This document shows positions 1 through 12,925 of a stretch of 64,000 nucleotides of DNA, in pieces. The translations under genes and the position numbers were made by a program. The DNA is from Lama guanicoe (Eukaryota). Numbering within the stretch: position 1 is the first letter of the stretch; each line of letters opens with the position of its first letter. Where the stretch lies: contig MU054212.1 of NCBI GenBank assembly GCA_013239625.1, positions 1,674,001 through 1,738,000 on the forward strand, in the 5' to 3' direction. Under the pieces are notes generated by a model. That model did not search any database, was not told the origin of the DNA, and was given only the letters and a program-made list of their open reading frames with translations.

Positions 1-1067
1 AAGTAAACATGGAGAGTAGCTATTAATCTTTCTAATTTCTCAACTGCCAATACCTACCCCTTCCAACTTCCTCTCCCTGCATTCAGGTAGGTTGTCAGGT
101 CTGGTTTAAAAAGATGTCTGTGACAGGGCTTCCTCCTTTGGCGCAGGTGTCTCTGGTGAGATTTGACAGGAAGTTGGCCTGAATGGTTTCCTAAATCAGG
201 GACATGAGAAGTGGAAGTGAGGATGTTCTGGTGTGAAGCTCAACAGCAAGGCAATACCTGCTGGGGGAGGAGCAGCTGGAATTCACAGCTTCAAAGATGT
301 TTTTAGAGGCAGGCAGTGAAGTGGAGTGTCTTTTTTTTTTTTTTATTGGCAGCTAATCCTATGCGCTTGGTCATAATTAAAGACGGTGGCCACCCAGGTG
401 GTTGGATTGAGATGAGCCTGGAGGCCCTCCCCATTCTCTCTACCTCGTGTGTGATTATTGGGAGCCTCCATGAGCAATTCCTTCCTTTGGGTTAAGACAT
501 GATTCCCTATTAAAATGCAAACACCCCTGGGAAAAAGAATACATTAACCCTGATAATCATTCACCTTGATCTATATTTAAGCATCAGGTCCTTTCCAAAT
601 AGTATCTCCTCCTAAAGGCAAATTTTGATGGGACTAGGATGGGAGCAGGATAGGAAGGAGGAGAGGAAAAGCCAGCTTTGCAGGAGAAGCACAATCAGTG
701 GAAAGCTTGTGTCTCTGGGTAGAAGAAGGTACTTGTTGGGGAGGAGGATTAAACAACGTGAAGGGCAAGTCCACACGTACCTTGGGCATTGTCTTGACTC
801 TGGCCAGTTCTGTGGTCGGTTCTCAGCTCCTGCACATCATGCCCACTGCTGTCAGCTGGTGACCACCAGGGCTGACTGTGCATTCTTGTTTCCTGACCCA
901 GCTGCTCTCCACTAGAGGCAGGACAGTACTGGACATCAAAACAACTCAGCCCCTCCATTTCACTTGAGACCCTGAGCGCATTTCCAACTTAATTCACACC
1001 ACTAATGGTCCAGCAGGAATCTGGTTCTGCAGACAACTGGAGGCTGCAAGCAGACTCCATCCCTATA

Positions 1068-1552
1068 TGTGGCAGGCAGAGTAATGGCAAAGATGTCTGT
1101 GACGTCCTCGTCCCCAGACCCTGTGAATAGTTACTTTATGTGACAAAAGAGACTTTGCAGATCTAATTAAGTTAAGGACCTTGAGATGGGGAGATTATCC
1201 CGGATGATGTGTCCAATATAATCACAAGGGTCCCTAAAAGCAGAAGCAGAGAATTATTTCCAGCTGTAGTCAAAAAGAGGCTGACAGAAGAAGGGTCAGA
1301 GAGATGCTAGGCTGCTGGCTCTGGAGATGGAGGAAGGGGCCCAGAAGCCAAGGTATGCAGCCAAAAAGTAGGAAAAGGATTCTCCCCTTGAACTTCCAAA
1401 AAGGAATGCAGCCCTGCTGGCACCTTGACTTTAGCCCAATGAGACTTGTATTGAATTTCTGACCCACAGAACTGTAAGATAGTAAATCTGTACTGTTTTA
1501 AACCACTAAATGTGTGGTGGTTTGCAAGAGCAGCCATAGAAAACAAAATACC
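1068..1552 (+). mobile_element. MaLR solo LTR, MLT1D-like
   Basis: Starts tgtggcaggcagagtaatggc; contains gactttgcagatctaattaagttaaggaccttgagatggggagattatcc and cagaactgtaagatagtaaatctgtactgttttaaaccactaaa; ends gcagccatagaaaacaaatac. This matches the MLT1D layout end to end. Confidence 0.85.
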
Positions 1553-1734
1553 CTGGAAACTTGAGAGGAGTTAATCCTGCCTTGTCCCTCACCCTGTCTT
1601 CCTGGGTCATTTCCAAAATCAAGACTCTCGCCATCCCCTCCCTCCCAGATATTCATTGCCATTTAGTGCTCTCCTTCCTCAACCAACTCATCCACCAGAA
1701 CATTTCTGTGCTGCCCTTTGAAGCCCCTTTCAGT

Positions 1735-1935
1735 GAATAATAATAGATGCCATCAATTGAGCACTTATTTTAATGTGTTACTTATTCACTTTTCATACAT
1801 TATAAAGCACTTGTGTCTTATGTGCACAGAAACTAAGAATTAGACAGGTAAGTACCTTGCCCAGGGTCACACAGCGGGTGGTGGTGGAGGTGGGCTTCAA
1901 ACCCAGATCCCCAGCTCGTGTTCTCAGCCTATTCC
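1735..1935 (-). mobile_element. MIR SINE
   Basis: Reverse MIR core: cagaaactaag...taagtaccttgcccagggtcacacagc...ttcaaacccaga. Confidence 0.8.
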
Positions 1936-2654
1936 AGTACTTCCCAGAGGGTGTGCCGTAGAACAGCAGCTCCACGGGGTATGCGTGTGGGTGAGGAGAA
2001 GAGCTGATTTCATGGTCCAGTTTTAACTTGCTGTTTCCTCACTGCTCTCTGCTGTGGTCCAGGTCACCCCTTGGGCTCCCAATTTGCAGACTCTCTCCAC
2101 TCTGCGCCTGCCGTCCTTGGGGCTTTTCCGTCTATGCAGCAGGTCCATCTGGTGCTCTTGCTTTAGAATCCTCTCCTCTGGTGCCTTTGTCCTCCACCCG
2201 CATCTCTGACCTACCCAAGACAGATCCCTTTCTGGAATGCCAGCCTCTAAGCTGCATCCCCGCACCCAGCCCCTTCTCTCCTTCCTGTTCATCCCTTCCT
2301 TTATCTCCTCAACACCTGCCTTTCCTGAAGCCCTTCAATTCCTTGGCTCTCTCTTCTTTCCAAGTCTGTTAGTCTCATCCTGGCATTATGAGATGCACAT
2401 TAGACCTACCTCCCTCACCACAAACTGCTAAACACAAAAATTCCAAGAGTGAGGGGCAGACACTGGTGTTAGAACCTCCCTGCACTGCCAAGGTTGAGAA
2501 CCATTGCTCAAAAGTAGCCTAGACTCTTGGGGGAATCCCCTCAACCTCTCTAGGCCTCCTTCCACTTTCTTTCTCTTCCTCTTCGCACTGCCATCCCCTG
2601 CAAATGCTCCAAAACCTGGTAAATCTAACAGTCTGGCTTCATCATTGTTTTAAT

Positions 2655-3070
2655 TAGTAATTGTTCCTTGTAAGTAATAGAAACCTCTTTCAGGCAACCT
2701 AGGACCGTTTTAGAGGAAATTTCTTATAAGAAAGCTGTGGGGATGCCTAGAGGCAGAGGTGCAGGTACTGAAGGAAGTAGAGGGCATCCCTGCGCCATCA
2801 GCTCTGTGTCCCTTTGTGCTTCTGCTGCATTCTTATCTCGCTGCAATTTCTTTTCTGTTTTCCAGACCTCGTGGTAAGAAGTGGTTAGTGCCAATAACTT
2901 CTGAATTCACCATTTGAAAGAAGGCAGACTGGATGAGACCTTTGAGATAGTTTTAAATTTCTGAGAAAGGGATTTGGTTGTCCCCAGACTGAATCAGCTT
3001 CTTGCCCCAGGACTAGTAACTATGGATGTAAAGGTGGGGCCAGGGACATAAACATGGCTGCTTCCCAAAC
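2655..3070 (-). mobile_element. Old MaLR LTR remnant (MLT1K/L-like)
   Basis: tgtaagtaatagaaacc at the start and ...gggacataaacatggctgc near the end resemble old MLT1 LTRs in reverse; highly decayed. Confidence 0.4.
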
Positions 3071-3259
3071 AACTCTCACCCCCACATGAAAGGAAGGGAC
3101 AGGCGTAGCTGCGGTCCTCAGAAAACTGGAGATAGGAGGGAGAACTGTGCAGCCAAAGCTCAGCTGGTTTGCTGACTATCCTTAAGGAAGTTTCCCCACA
3201 TATGAGAAGTGGGCCTATCGCAAATTTTGTTTTACAGTGTCAGCTGGGTCCTTAACAGA

Positions 3260-4453
3260 GCTTAACAATCCTTCTATTCATTTGTAGTCAGTTTCTCAGT
3301 CACCTCAGCCGATTCTCAACCTTCCCACAATCTTTCCACCACCTCCTACTTTACAGGAAGAATGAAAGTCTTTCACCTCTCAGTTACCTCTAGCTGAGAA
3401 ACTGATCTACACCCACACCTTCAGTCTCACACACTTTCTCCTGTCGCTTCCTGCTCTAGCAACATGCCCGTCTACGGTGTCGGTGTCTTCATCTGCTTTG
3501 CCTCCAGGTTCTTACCTATAACTATAATCATGGTCCAAAGTCAAGCTTCTCCTCTAAATCTCCCTGTGGCCCTTGCTCTCTCTTCCTTAATTTATAGTCA
3601 GACTTCTACCTTCAGATTTTAATTTCCAATTTCATCCTCAATACATTGAGTCTGGCTTCACCTCTTCTAGCACCAGTTCCTGATAACCTCCCTGGCTAAG
3701 GTCACCAATGACCTCCTAATTGCCAGACCCAATGGGTGATTTCTAGCCTTTGTCTTAATGTGCCTCTCTGCTGCATTTGACACGATCTTCTAAATACGTC
3801 TCGAATCATTGCTTTTCTCTCTGTCCCAGTGGCCATGCCAGGCCCTCTTCAAATCTCCCCTGAACTCTTGTAATAGTGCCCTTAATGGCTTCCCTGTCTT
3901 TAGTTTTACTCAACTCTTCCTACTGCTATTCAAGTTATTTTTCTGAAACAAAATCTGATCAAGCCACTCTCCCATTTAAAATCCTTCCATTGCTCTCCAT
4001 AGCCCACTACATGGGTTCAAAATCCTTAGCATAGCATATAAGGTTTTCTGTGCCATGAACCCACCAGCCTTTCCATCCACAGCTTCTGTCCCCCTCCCCT
4101 CTGCCTCCGTGACCATGCATACCAAGCTGCTTCTAGCTTCCTCAGCAAGCCACCCTCTTGCATGTACTCTTCCTCTGCCATGCGACCATGGCATAGTTCC
4201 CTGTTTTCACATCTCAGCTCAAAGATCCCCTCTTCAGTGAAGCCTTTTCCTGGCTGCTCCAGGCAGAGTCTGTTTTTCTCTTCTTGATTTCCAGGCCCCC
4301 TGTACGTTTCTCAATTGTAGGGCTTCTCACGTTGCATATTTATGATTTCTTCACATGTCAGCTTTTCCCATAAGATCACAAGTTCCTCAAGGGCAAAGGA
4401 GGGGGTTTAATCATTCTTAATCAATAAATATGTAATAAAGGAATGAATAAATG
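3260..4453 (+). mobile_element. L2 LINE 3' part with decayed reverse-transcriptase motif
   Basis: 3695-3787 translates AKVTNDLLIARPNG*FLAFVLMCLSAAFDTI (L2 RT has KVTNDLL...DLSAAFDTVDH). It is followed by aaatctgatcaagccactctcccatttaaaatccttccattgctc and the L2 tail aataaatatg...gaatgaataaatg. Confidence 0.88.
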
Positions 4454-5088
4454 GGAAGGGGTATCCACAGAGACTGGGATGGAAAGCTGAGGCAGTGAGG
4501 CACCACCAGTGGACGGAGGAGACCGGGCCACAGAACCGTGGGCCGTCCCTACCTTCTGCCCTTGCTATCCTGTACTGAGATGTAACCTGCTTGCCTCGGG
4601 TGCAGAGTCCCTGATTCAGGTAAACAGTGCCTCCTTGGCCTTTGCATCTGCTTTCTTTTATAGCTCTCATCAAGGTATTACTAGCTCCTTCTGGCTTCTA
4701 CCTTTACTTTTCTCCTTAAAGTCCAATTTTGAAAAGCAAGTTGAGGAGTTCAGCCACTGAAAGATCTTCATTGATTTATTTTGCCTTCCTTATTTATTAA
4801 TGGGACCACTTTCTCCTTGATATTTCTCTTTCTTTCTCTGATGTATTTGTAAAAGCTCTGCTCCTTCCTTTTAACGTTTCCGCATTCGATCACTCTAACC
4901 TCTGGGTTTCCTTCTCTCACCATCCATTCTGACTCTAGTTGAAAAAATTTTAGGTCTCTTTCCTGGAGTCCCTGTGCCCCACGAAATTTTCACATGATCT
5001 TGAACCTTCCTGTTGATCCTTAAGAAGTCAAACTGCTGACTTCTTCATCCTTGCATTTTGTTCTCTTTTATACCTTTGGCTCTTGGTT

Positions 5089-5285
5089 AACATAGTGGTT
5101 AAGGGTGTGATCTTGGAGCCAGACACCTGGGGCCCAGATCCCAGCTCTACCACTTACTGACTGTGTGACCTTGGTCAAATTCCTCAAACTCTCTGTACTT
5201 TAGTTTCCTCTTCTGCAAATATGGGCTCCACAATAATGTCTGCTTCCTGAGGTCCATGTGAGGAAAGTTTACTGAAAGCTATCAC
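5089..5285 (+). mobile_element. MIR SINE
   Basis: catagtggttaag...cccagctctaccacttactgactgtgtgaccttggtcaaat...agtttcctcttctgcaaat. Confidence 0.85.
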
Positions 5286-5589
5286 ATATATAGAAGAGTG
5301 CGGGCATGGAGTCTGCCCGCCATGGTCCCGATTCTTTATTCTGCTGTTTCACCTTCACCTCTTCCCTCACTTTTCTTTTCCTGTTCTCTGGTTGGTTAGC
5401 AGGAAGCATTCAGGATCCACTCCTCCAAGCAGGACATTTTTCCAGGCACTAGATGTGCAGTGATCACAGGATGAACATACGTATAAAGAAAAGTCAGGCC
5501 CTGTTTATAAACCTTGGGGACTATAACAAAAGAGAAGTGAAAGTGACTTTTTTTTCGGGTGCTTAAAGGGCTGGACAGTGCTATAGGGG

Positions 5590-5785
5590 CATTACGTAGT
5601 TTATCAGCTATCATTTCTTCTTCACAGTAATTGTTTAGGGTTGAAATCATGATCTCATACTTTATCGAGGGAGAAATTAAAATATAGGAAAGTGGAGGTT
5701 CTTGTCCAATGTCACACAGCACGAGTTAGCAGAAGTGGAATTGGAATGCAGATTGCCTGGCTATAAAGCTGATGCCCTTAGTCAC
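5590..5785 (-). mobile_element. MIR SINE (decayed)
   Basis: Reverse core: gaaattaa...cttgtccaatgtcacacagc...gtggaattggaatgcaga. Confidence 0.65.
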
Positions 5786-6629
5786 ATGGCTCTACTCGGT
5801 CCCAAGTGGAAGAGTGTTATTATTATTCAGTGGTGGGATGTGAAATAATTGCAAGAAGGAACTGATTTCAAGTGTATCTTTGTTCTAGTGTGAGGAACAG
5901 GTAAGGAGGCCTGGACGATGAATGACTGTAAAACTGAGATAAATCTGAGAGTAAATATTACAGTTTTTGTTCTTGTTTCTATTTTTCTTGGAGAGAGAGG
6001 AGAACAGCAGAAAACACCCAGCCCAGGCCTCTGACATTTTATAGTAGCTCAGGGAATGTTTGTTGAGTGAATACATGAATACCAAAAGGCAACCAGGGTG
6101 AGGTGGTGACAGTTCTCTGGGAGCTCAGTGTGGAGTGGGGCTGTGGCAGGGAAACCTGGCAGGAGGTCCCGGGGCCACTAGTCAGAGTGTGTGTAGAACA
6201 CCACAGCAGTGGGGGCATCAGAAGGGGCTAGAGCTAGATGGGGGAGACAAGGTCAGGGGGACCTGCCGTGCCGGGCAGCATGGAAAGGGTTTGATTCATT
6301 AGGAGGAGCTGGGTGAGGCTGCACTCGGCCCTTCTTTCCTTGGCAGTGGTGGACCAGGGCAGCTTCCCTGATCCTGAGTTTCCTCCCTAAGGTCTGGAGT
6401 GGACACTGAGGCTAACCTGGGCTAACCCAACACAGGTGCATGGCTGATGTGCCCAGGAGAAATGGTGACTCATTTGAGGTGGCCAGGTGACGCAGGTGGG
6501 ATGTGTTGTTACTAAGGTGACTCTAGTTGCCCTCCTCGATTCCACACTCCCCTGTGTGGTCTGAAGACCATTCTGGACTCTGACCTGGAATACATTCCTC
6601 TCTGTTTCTCTTCTCTTCTCTGTTCCTCA

Positions 6630-7005
6630 CGGGAGGAAGCTCATTTTTGCTTCAGGTCTTTGCACTACTGTTCTGTCTGCTTGTTTTCTCTGACTCCTCA
6701 AGGGGCTGGCTGCCTCGTATACATCAGTTCTCAGCTCTGATACCTCCTCACTGCCCTGTCTCACACAGTCACCTGCCCAGTATCAGTCTCTATCACATCA
6801 CCTTGTTTTATTTTCTTTATAACATTTATTGTTACTCAAAGAATCTAGTTTGTTAGTTTCCTTGCTTAACTTGTCTTTCCCATGAGTTTAATCTCCAGGG
6901 GAGCAGGAGCCCAGTCTGATTTGTTCATTTTTGTGGCCCCAGTTCTTAAGATAGGTCCTAGCACATAGTAGATGCTTAGTAAATACATTTGGAACAAATG
7001 GATGC
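6630..7005 (+). mobile_element. L2 LINE 3' end (L2a-like)
   Basis: cctagcacatagtagatgcttagtaaatacatttggaacaaatggatg terminus preceded by typical L2 3' sequence. Confidence 0.8.
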
Positions 7006-7534
7006 ATCTGAGCGTCACTCTTAGTGCCCTAGACTTAGCTTTACATGAACACACGCAGTCTCTGTTGCCATTACATTTCCCTGGTTTCTGGTTCAACACT
7101 AGAAGTATGAAACAGTGGAATTTAATTGAATGCAATGCCAGGAACAGAGCTGGATTTTTGTAAGATCACAGAAGGGAGAGAACCCACTTGATTGTAAGAT
7201 ACTATAGTATGATTTACTGTAAAGTGAAAAATCAGGTTACCAGAAAGCACTTTTATAATTATTATGTTTTCTTTCTCCATTTAATAAAGGGAAAGGCCAC
7301 CTTGATGCTCATTTGGGGTTCAACACTTAAAAGTTCAAAATTGAGAATCAGTGAGGGAAATTTGATCCTGCCTATTCATTTGGAAATGTTCCTGTGGAGA
7401 ATTTCCTGTTCATGTTTTTACTGGTTAGAACACATTTTAGTTCTTTCCTGAAGCAGCTTAACCTTGTCTCTTTTTTCTAGTTTTAAGCAAACACAATCAA
7501 CCCAGGCAGTGTTTCTCAAATGTCTTAATCGAGT

Positions 7535-7830
7535 AGCTATTACCAGGGAAGACTATTCATCCTCATGGTTTTAACCTTCAGCCTGCTTCAGAGAAATTCC
7601 CTTACTTACCTATTTTTGCTCTGACTCCTCCCTCTTCTCTTGGTGCCATTTCCTCTTGCTTCCAGAGCATCTTTATTTCTATGTCCTGCCTACACTGGAA
7701 ATTGAACATGACAAAATAGCCCAGTTTCTAACAGCCAGAACCAAACCCCTTCTCAAATTCCCAAATGAACTTCAAAAGTTCTTCTCATGTCTTAGTCCCT
7801 AAAAAGTATGATCTTGGAGTTACTTTTTAC
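7535..7830 (+). mobile_element. L2 LINE fragment
   Basis: attcatcctcatggttttaacc...tgtcctgcctacactggaaattgaacatgacaaaa resembles internal L2 sequence. Confidence 0.5.
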
Positions 7831-8382
7831 TTCTTTTCCTACAGAAGCATTTTATGAACAATGTCCAAGGTCTCCTGGCTTTTGGAGACTGGAGGAGCCT
7901 CTAAGGCCCTCCTAGTTCTCCTTGGGTCTTGGGCAGACAGAAGTATCTCTTGAGGGTCTAAGAGAGCCCCACTATCTTGCCCAGCACCCCTTAGCATCCG
8001 CCCCCCTCACCCAGACCACAGACACAGTCTCAGCCGCTGCACAGGGCTGAGCTGAGGAGGATGCTTCTTGTGCTTGTGTCCATCTGCTCGCACCACTCTC
8101 CTTAGTGGAAGACTCTTATCTGTGCCTCCCAAAGTAGCAGATCTATCCTACGATTTCTCAGCAGGCCCCGCCCTGCTTCTGGTACAAGTGTCAGTGATCC
8201 CTGGACCCGCGGTCCCAACCTCCCCAAGCCCTCACTCTTCCTGGAGCAGTTAAAGCCAGATATATACTTTAAGCTTATGACTTCTGAAATACTTTGCTTT
8301 TAAAACAACAGAACTTTCAAAAATTTCTTTAAAGTAAGCCACTTTTCTCTGACAATATCAAAGACAAGGTTAAGTAGTTTCC

Positions 8383-9030
8383 TTCATTCAGAAAATATGT
8401 ATTGAAAATCTTGTATGTGCAGGCACTAAGCTAGAACATGGGGAGTCCAGATGGACATGAAGCCCACGGACCCGAGGAAGACAGGCACTGATGAAATAAC
8501 CAACACTGGGCTGTGTACCTACACTAGTGATAAGTGACAGTGATAAGAAAGGAAAGAACAGGGTGCTATAAGAGAAAGCAACTCATGTGATTGACTTCCC
8601 TTAGAATGCAGAGCCCAGAGTCAAGAACCCACAGAGGAAGTGGCTTTCAACTGAAACCTGAAAACTGGGTAGCGAGTAGGAAAGCAAAAGAGGTGGGAGT
8701 GTGGGAATAGTGTGCCAGGTAGAGGAAACTGCATGAAAAGAATTGGAAGAGGGATGAGCTTACCTCTGTGGTGGAGCTTATGAAGCCCAGGGCTACTTGA
8801 GAATGAATAGTCAGTGAGAATGGTAGGTATGAGGTGAGGTTGGAGAGATGGTCAAGGGGGCTTTGTAGATCATGCTTGGAACTGATATTTAACTATATAA
8901 ACAAATGAAAGCTATTGATGTTATTTAAGCAGGGAGGCAAATGATCATATTTACATTTGAAAAAGATCTTTCCGGAGAAGGAGGTGGGAGAAGAGTGTGG
9001 AATCAGGGAGACCAGTTAGAAGGTTATTGG
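8383..9030 (-). mobile_element. L2 LINE 3' part
   Basis: ttcattcagaaaatatgtattgaaaatcttgtatgtgcaggcactaagctag (reverse L2 tail) through cagggagaccagttagaaggttattg. Confidence 0.8.
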
Positions 9031-9224
9031 AGGAGACAAAACCATACAAAGACTCACGTAGACATGCCATGTCGGAAACTGTCATCTCTGCAGTAAGGAG
9101 GAAAAACCTTTAGTTTATAAAATCTGCCAAATGGAAGACTACCTTGACTTCTCTTTCACCTACAGGAAGGTCCTCCATAGAGTTGGTCCAGGGCAATCGA
9201 ACTCTTTCAATAACGAGCAATTAA

Positions 9225-10050
9225 AATAAATTAGTACAACATTGTTACAAAAATTCAAAAGAAAACAGGTGAAAAAAGTAGCAATAAAAAGAAAGAATAT
9301 CTGTCCAAAATTTGCTACTGTAGACTATATAAAAATTATGTTATCATGAAGTTTTAAAAAATGAAATAACTGTCTTTATGAAGGAAGACCCCAAAATAAA
9401 AATGGAAGAAATCAGACAAGATATGGCAAGGAGACAAAGTACGAGCTCGCAGGAAAGATGTAGAAGAAAAAACAAACATCACAGAAATGAAGGCAAAATT
9501 GGAAGGAGCATAAAAAATTGATACCATGGAACACACAGTGAGAAACAAGAAAAAAGAAAAGAGAAAAGCTAACAGAATAAATAGAAACAAAATAAGAGTT
9601 TAAAAAGAGTAAAAGAAAAAGGATAGATATAGACTACAAAGGGCAATCCAGAATTCACAAAATAAGGAGTCTCCAAAGACAAAAACCCAAACAGTGAAAC
9701 TTTGAAAAACTGAAAACATAAAATAATGACAGAAGTAAGACTGCTACGTCTCTCAACATAAATGAGCTTAACTCTCCCACTAAAAAAATGTATTTCCAGC
9801 TTCACTTAAAAAAACAAAAAACAAATCCTAGTTCTGGATATGGGACAACCCTAAAACAAAATGACTCAAAAAGACTGAAAATAAGCTAATGGACAAAAAT
9901 ATATATTGGGCATAGGAAAACAGTAAGAAAGCAGGCATTGAGATGTTAACATAGTAGAATAGTAGAATGCAAGCCAAAAAGCATTAATCCAGTCAAAGAA
10001 GGAAGTATGCAGTAATGCATAATAAAGATAGCACAGTCATGAAAAGAATG
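9225..10050 (+). mobile_element. Old L1 (L1M) fragment: ORF1 remnant joined to start of ORF2 endonuclease
   Basis: A-rich + strand. ctcaacataaatgagcttaactctcccactaaa reads LNINELNSPTK (L1 EN has LNVNGLNSPIK), followed by aaaagactgaaaataagctaatggacaaaaatata and aagaaagcaggcattgagatgttaaca (KKAG...). Many stops and frameshifts. Confidence 0.75.
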
Positions 10051-10420
10051 AAAATAAATGAATTAGGGAGTGGTATCTGTTAGCGCCAGGAATACACACT
10101 CCCAGTCTCCTTTTCAGCTTTGAATGATGTCAAATCCAGTGTAAATAGTGAAATGAGAGCCAATTTTGCTGTCCTATAGCCCTTGTCTAAGTGTACAGGT
10201 GAATATTTTTCATTCTGAAATATTTGATAGTCTGTCATCCACCACTTTTTGGAGATATAGGCTTAAGATCAAATTAGAGTTAGCTAAACACTTTTCTCCT
10301 ACTGTCTCGCCCACATGAACATAAGATGAAGAGGTAAAGGAATGCATGGGTCAGGAAAGAGATGAAATTTCAAAATTGGACAATTTCAGGAAGGTTTGTT
10401 GATACAGGTGTGGCCAAGGA

Positions 10421-10730
10421 CAATGATTTCCAACCTTGGCTGACAATAGAATCACCTGGAGAGCTTTTAAAAAACATCAGTGTCCCTGGTCTTTCCTTTT
10501 GTAGCACTTTATAAAAACCTGTGTTTATTTTATCAACGTCTGTCTTCCTCGAGACTGTAAGTTTCATGAGAACAGAGAACCCTTTTCCATTTGGATCCTC
10601 CAGTGTCTAGTTCAGTGCCTGCTCAGTCACTCCAGAAATTTTAATTTAATTGGCCATAGGAGAAACCCATAAGTTGATATTTTGAAGAACTCACAGGGAT
10701 CCTAAGGAGCAGTAAGGTTGAGGACCACTG
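10421..10730. mobile_element. MER5-type hAT MITE (MER5B-like) interrupted by an L2 3' fragment (~10495-10626)
   Basis: Left end caatgatttccaaccttggctgacaatagaatcacctggagagctttt, right end aggttgaggaccactg. The insert has L2 motifs agactgtaagtttcatgagaacaga and cagtgtctagttcagtgcctg. Confidence 0.75.
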
Positions 10731-10769
10731 GTGTAGGAGGTGCTTAATGGAGAGTGCAATCGCCTGGGT

Positions 10770-11087
10770 CTAACACAGACTGGCTGTTGTCACCCTAGAG
10801 CTCAAAGAGGTCAGCAGGGGGAATAGCTACTGGAACCCGGAAGTGTGGACCAGGCCATCATGAGAGGGGCAGTAGCCTTTGCTCAAGAGACACATCTGAT
10901 TTGAGGCAAAGATGCAGGGAGAGAGTCTGACCCTGTTTCCCTCCCTCCTTCCATTAACTGAAGCCCATTGGAGGTCTTGGGGACAGAATCATTGATGTAG
11001 TCACACTGTCAGCCTCCCGGGGCTGTGAGCAGGATGGCAGAGACCAAGAGACCATCCGGGGGAGCAAAAGGAAGATATCCAAGCACA
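10770..11087 (-). mobile_element. ERVL solo LTR remnant (LTR33/LTR41-like)
   Basis: Ends gatgtagtcacactgtcagcctcccggggctgtgagcagg...gggggagcaaaaggaagatatccaagcaca, the reverse of the LTR33-type start tgtgctggatat...ttgcccctcc. Confidence 0.6.
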
Positions 11088-11848
11088 GGTGAGGGTGCTC
11101 CCTACCAGGAACTGACGTCCTCGTTCATGTATTACAGTCATTGGAGGAGACAACTGAAGACAAATGAGATGATGATGAGTTGTAAGTTTTTGTGCTGATA
11201 GATACCTTTATCTGGAGAGATCTTCTAACCCATATGTGTCAACGGACAAAAAATAGAATGAATGAATGATGAGGAGGAGGTAACAGACAAGTTGAGCTAG
11301 ACTATCAGAAAAGGTAAACTTAAAAAGCAAAATGTGTGAGACACAGCTTTACAATGCTGGTAGGCTCTCACCTGTCCTTCCTGCTGCCCCGGGGAGCGGT
11401 GGGAGCAGACCTGCTGCTCCTGCAGGACTTTGCACTAATGCTTCTGGCAGCATCTCCTTACCCACAATTCTACCCTGAATCCAAAGCACAGGGAAAGCTC
11501 TTTCTTTCTTACATGTATTTATGTGCATGAGGCCTTCTTAGCCAGGGTCACACCCGGTTCTGGTAAGGTTTGAACACGTGGCTCCTCTGGGAATTACAAT
11601 ATTGTGCCTTCAGTTTGAGTGTAACCAATTTATTCATGTTTCTTGGGACTGGAGAATGATGAGACTCACATCATGAAACACACTATATTTGATTTGTTCG
11701 ATTGTTCAAAGGCTGTGCAAATGAATGTGTATACAAATATGCATTTGCACCCATCAGCCCATATATACAACATGCAGTTATAGCTACAGTGCAATTCCAG
11801 GGTTAACTACCTTGGTCTGCTTACAAATACAGCTAGCGAGGACTAAGG

Positions 11849-12026
11849 CAGTGGTTCTCAATTGAAGCAGGCATCAGGAAGGCTTGTTGACATACAGACC
11901 GATGAGGCCCCACCCCAGGTTTTCTGATTCAGTAGGTCTGGGGTGGGACCTGAGTTCCTGCATTTTTAATAACCTCTCAGGTGATGCAGAAGCTGCTGAT
12001 CTGAGGACCGCACGACTAGAGTATTG
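11849..12026. mobile_element. MER5A hAT MITE
   Basis: cagtggttctcaa start; ttctgattcagtaggtctggggtgggacctgag...tgcatttttaataacctctcaggtgatgcagaagctgctgatctgaggaccgcac. Confidence 0.88.
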
Positions 12027-12344
12027 CGATATCCCTCTTCTGTTTCTGGTTCTGGGTCACTTGTTCTGCTGCTGCTGCTTAAACCCTGCTAATCCCACAC
12101 TGGTGGTCTGTGTTCACTTCATGTGCTACCTGCAGTTGCTCTGAGTCCTGATTTGTTCAGCAGAATCTTTATCATTTGAACTTTCTTACTCTGCTTAGTT
12201 CTGTTCCTGTTAGTTACTGCAAAGATCTGTCCATCACCAGAAGGTAAGGATGGGTAACCTCCATATCTTTGCCGGTTCCACCTGATGACCATCACAGGAG
12301 CAATATTTCCCCTCTCCTACCACTGCTCTTTGTGGAATTACATA

Positions 12345-12540
12345 CAGCATCAGCTTCAGATTGGCCAAGAAGCAAGTCCTAGCTCTACTGTTTACTGGCT
12401 ATGAAGCACTGGATAAATGATTTGGCAGTTCCTCATCTGCAGAATGGGGTGTTTATTCTTTCAGGGGGGTGTTGCAAGGCTGCAGTGAGATAAGGTATAC
12501 AAGAGGAAACATGCCTGGCTCAGTGAACATTAGCTAGTAG
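12345..12540 (+). mobile_element. MIR SINE
   Basis: aagtcctagctctactgtttactggctatga...cagttcctcatctgcagaatgggg. Confidence 0.7.
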
Positions 12541-12689
12541 TGGATCACCCTGGCTTTTGGCAACAAAACAAAACAAAACGAAAAACATTAATTTTCAGAT
12601 TGAATGTTACCAGAAAAATTTCCTTTCCCTCTTAGAATTAATTTACTTTTAATTAATTCCAAGGGCAGTGGTTCTCAAGCTATGTATTG

Positions 12690-12925
12690 AAAGGCAGTGG
12701 TTAAGGACTCAGAGTCTAAAGTTGGCACTAGAATCTGGGCTCTGCCGACGAATAGCTATGCAAATTTGGGGGTGTAACTTAACCTCAGTTTCAGCTTCTG
12801 TGACATGGGAATGGGAAGAGAACCTTCCTCAGAAGAGTATATGAGGATTAATTTCTGTAACGCATGTATAGGGGTTAGCCCACTGCTGGGTATTTCATAA
12901 GCACACGGTACATATTAAGTGCTAT
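12690..12925 (+). mobile_element. MIR SINE
   Basis: gcagtggttaaggactcagagtct...taacttaacctcagtttcagcttctgtgacatggga...atgaggattaa. Confidence 0.75.

Noticed and set aside
12214..12243. Plus-strand AG...GTAAG pseudo-exon (also acceptors near 9167, 17781 and 18707)
   Set aside because: No coherent multi-exon reading frame; such sites are expected by chance.
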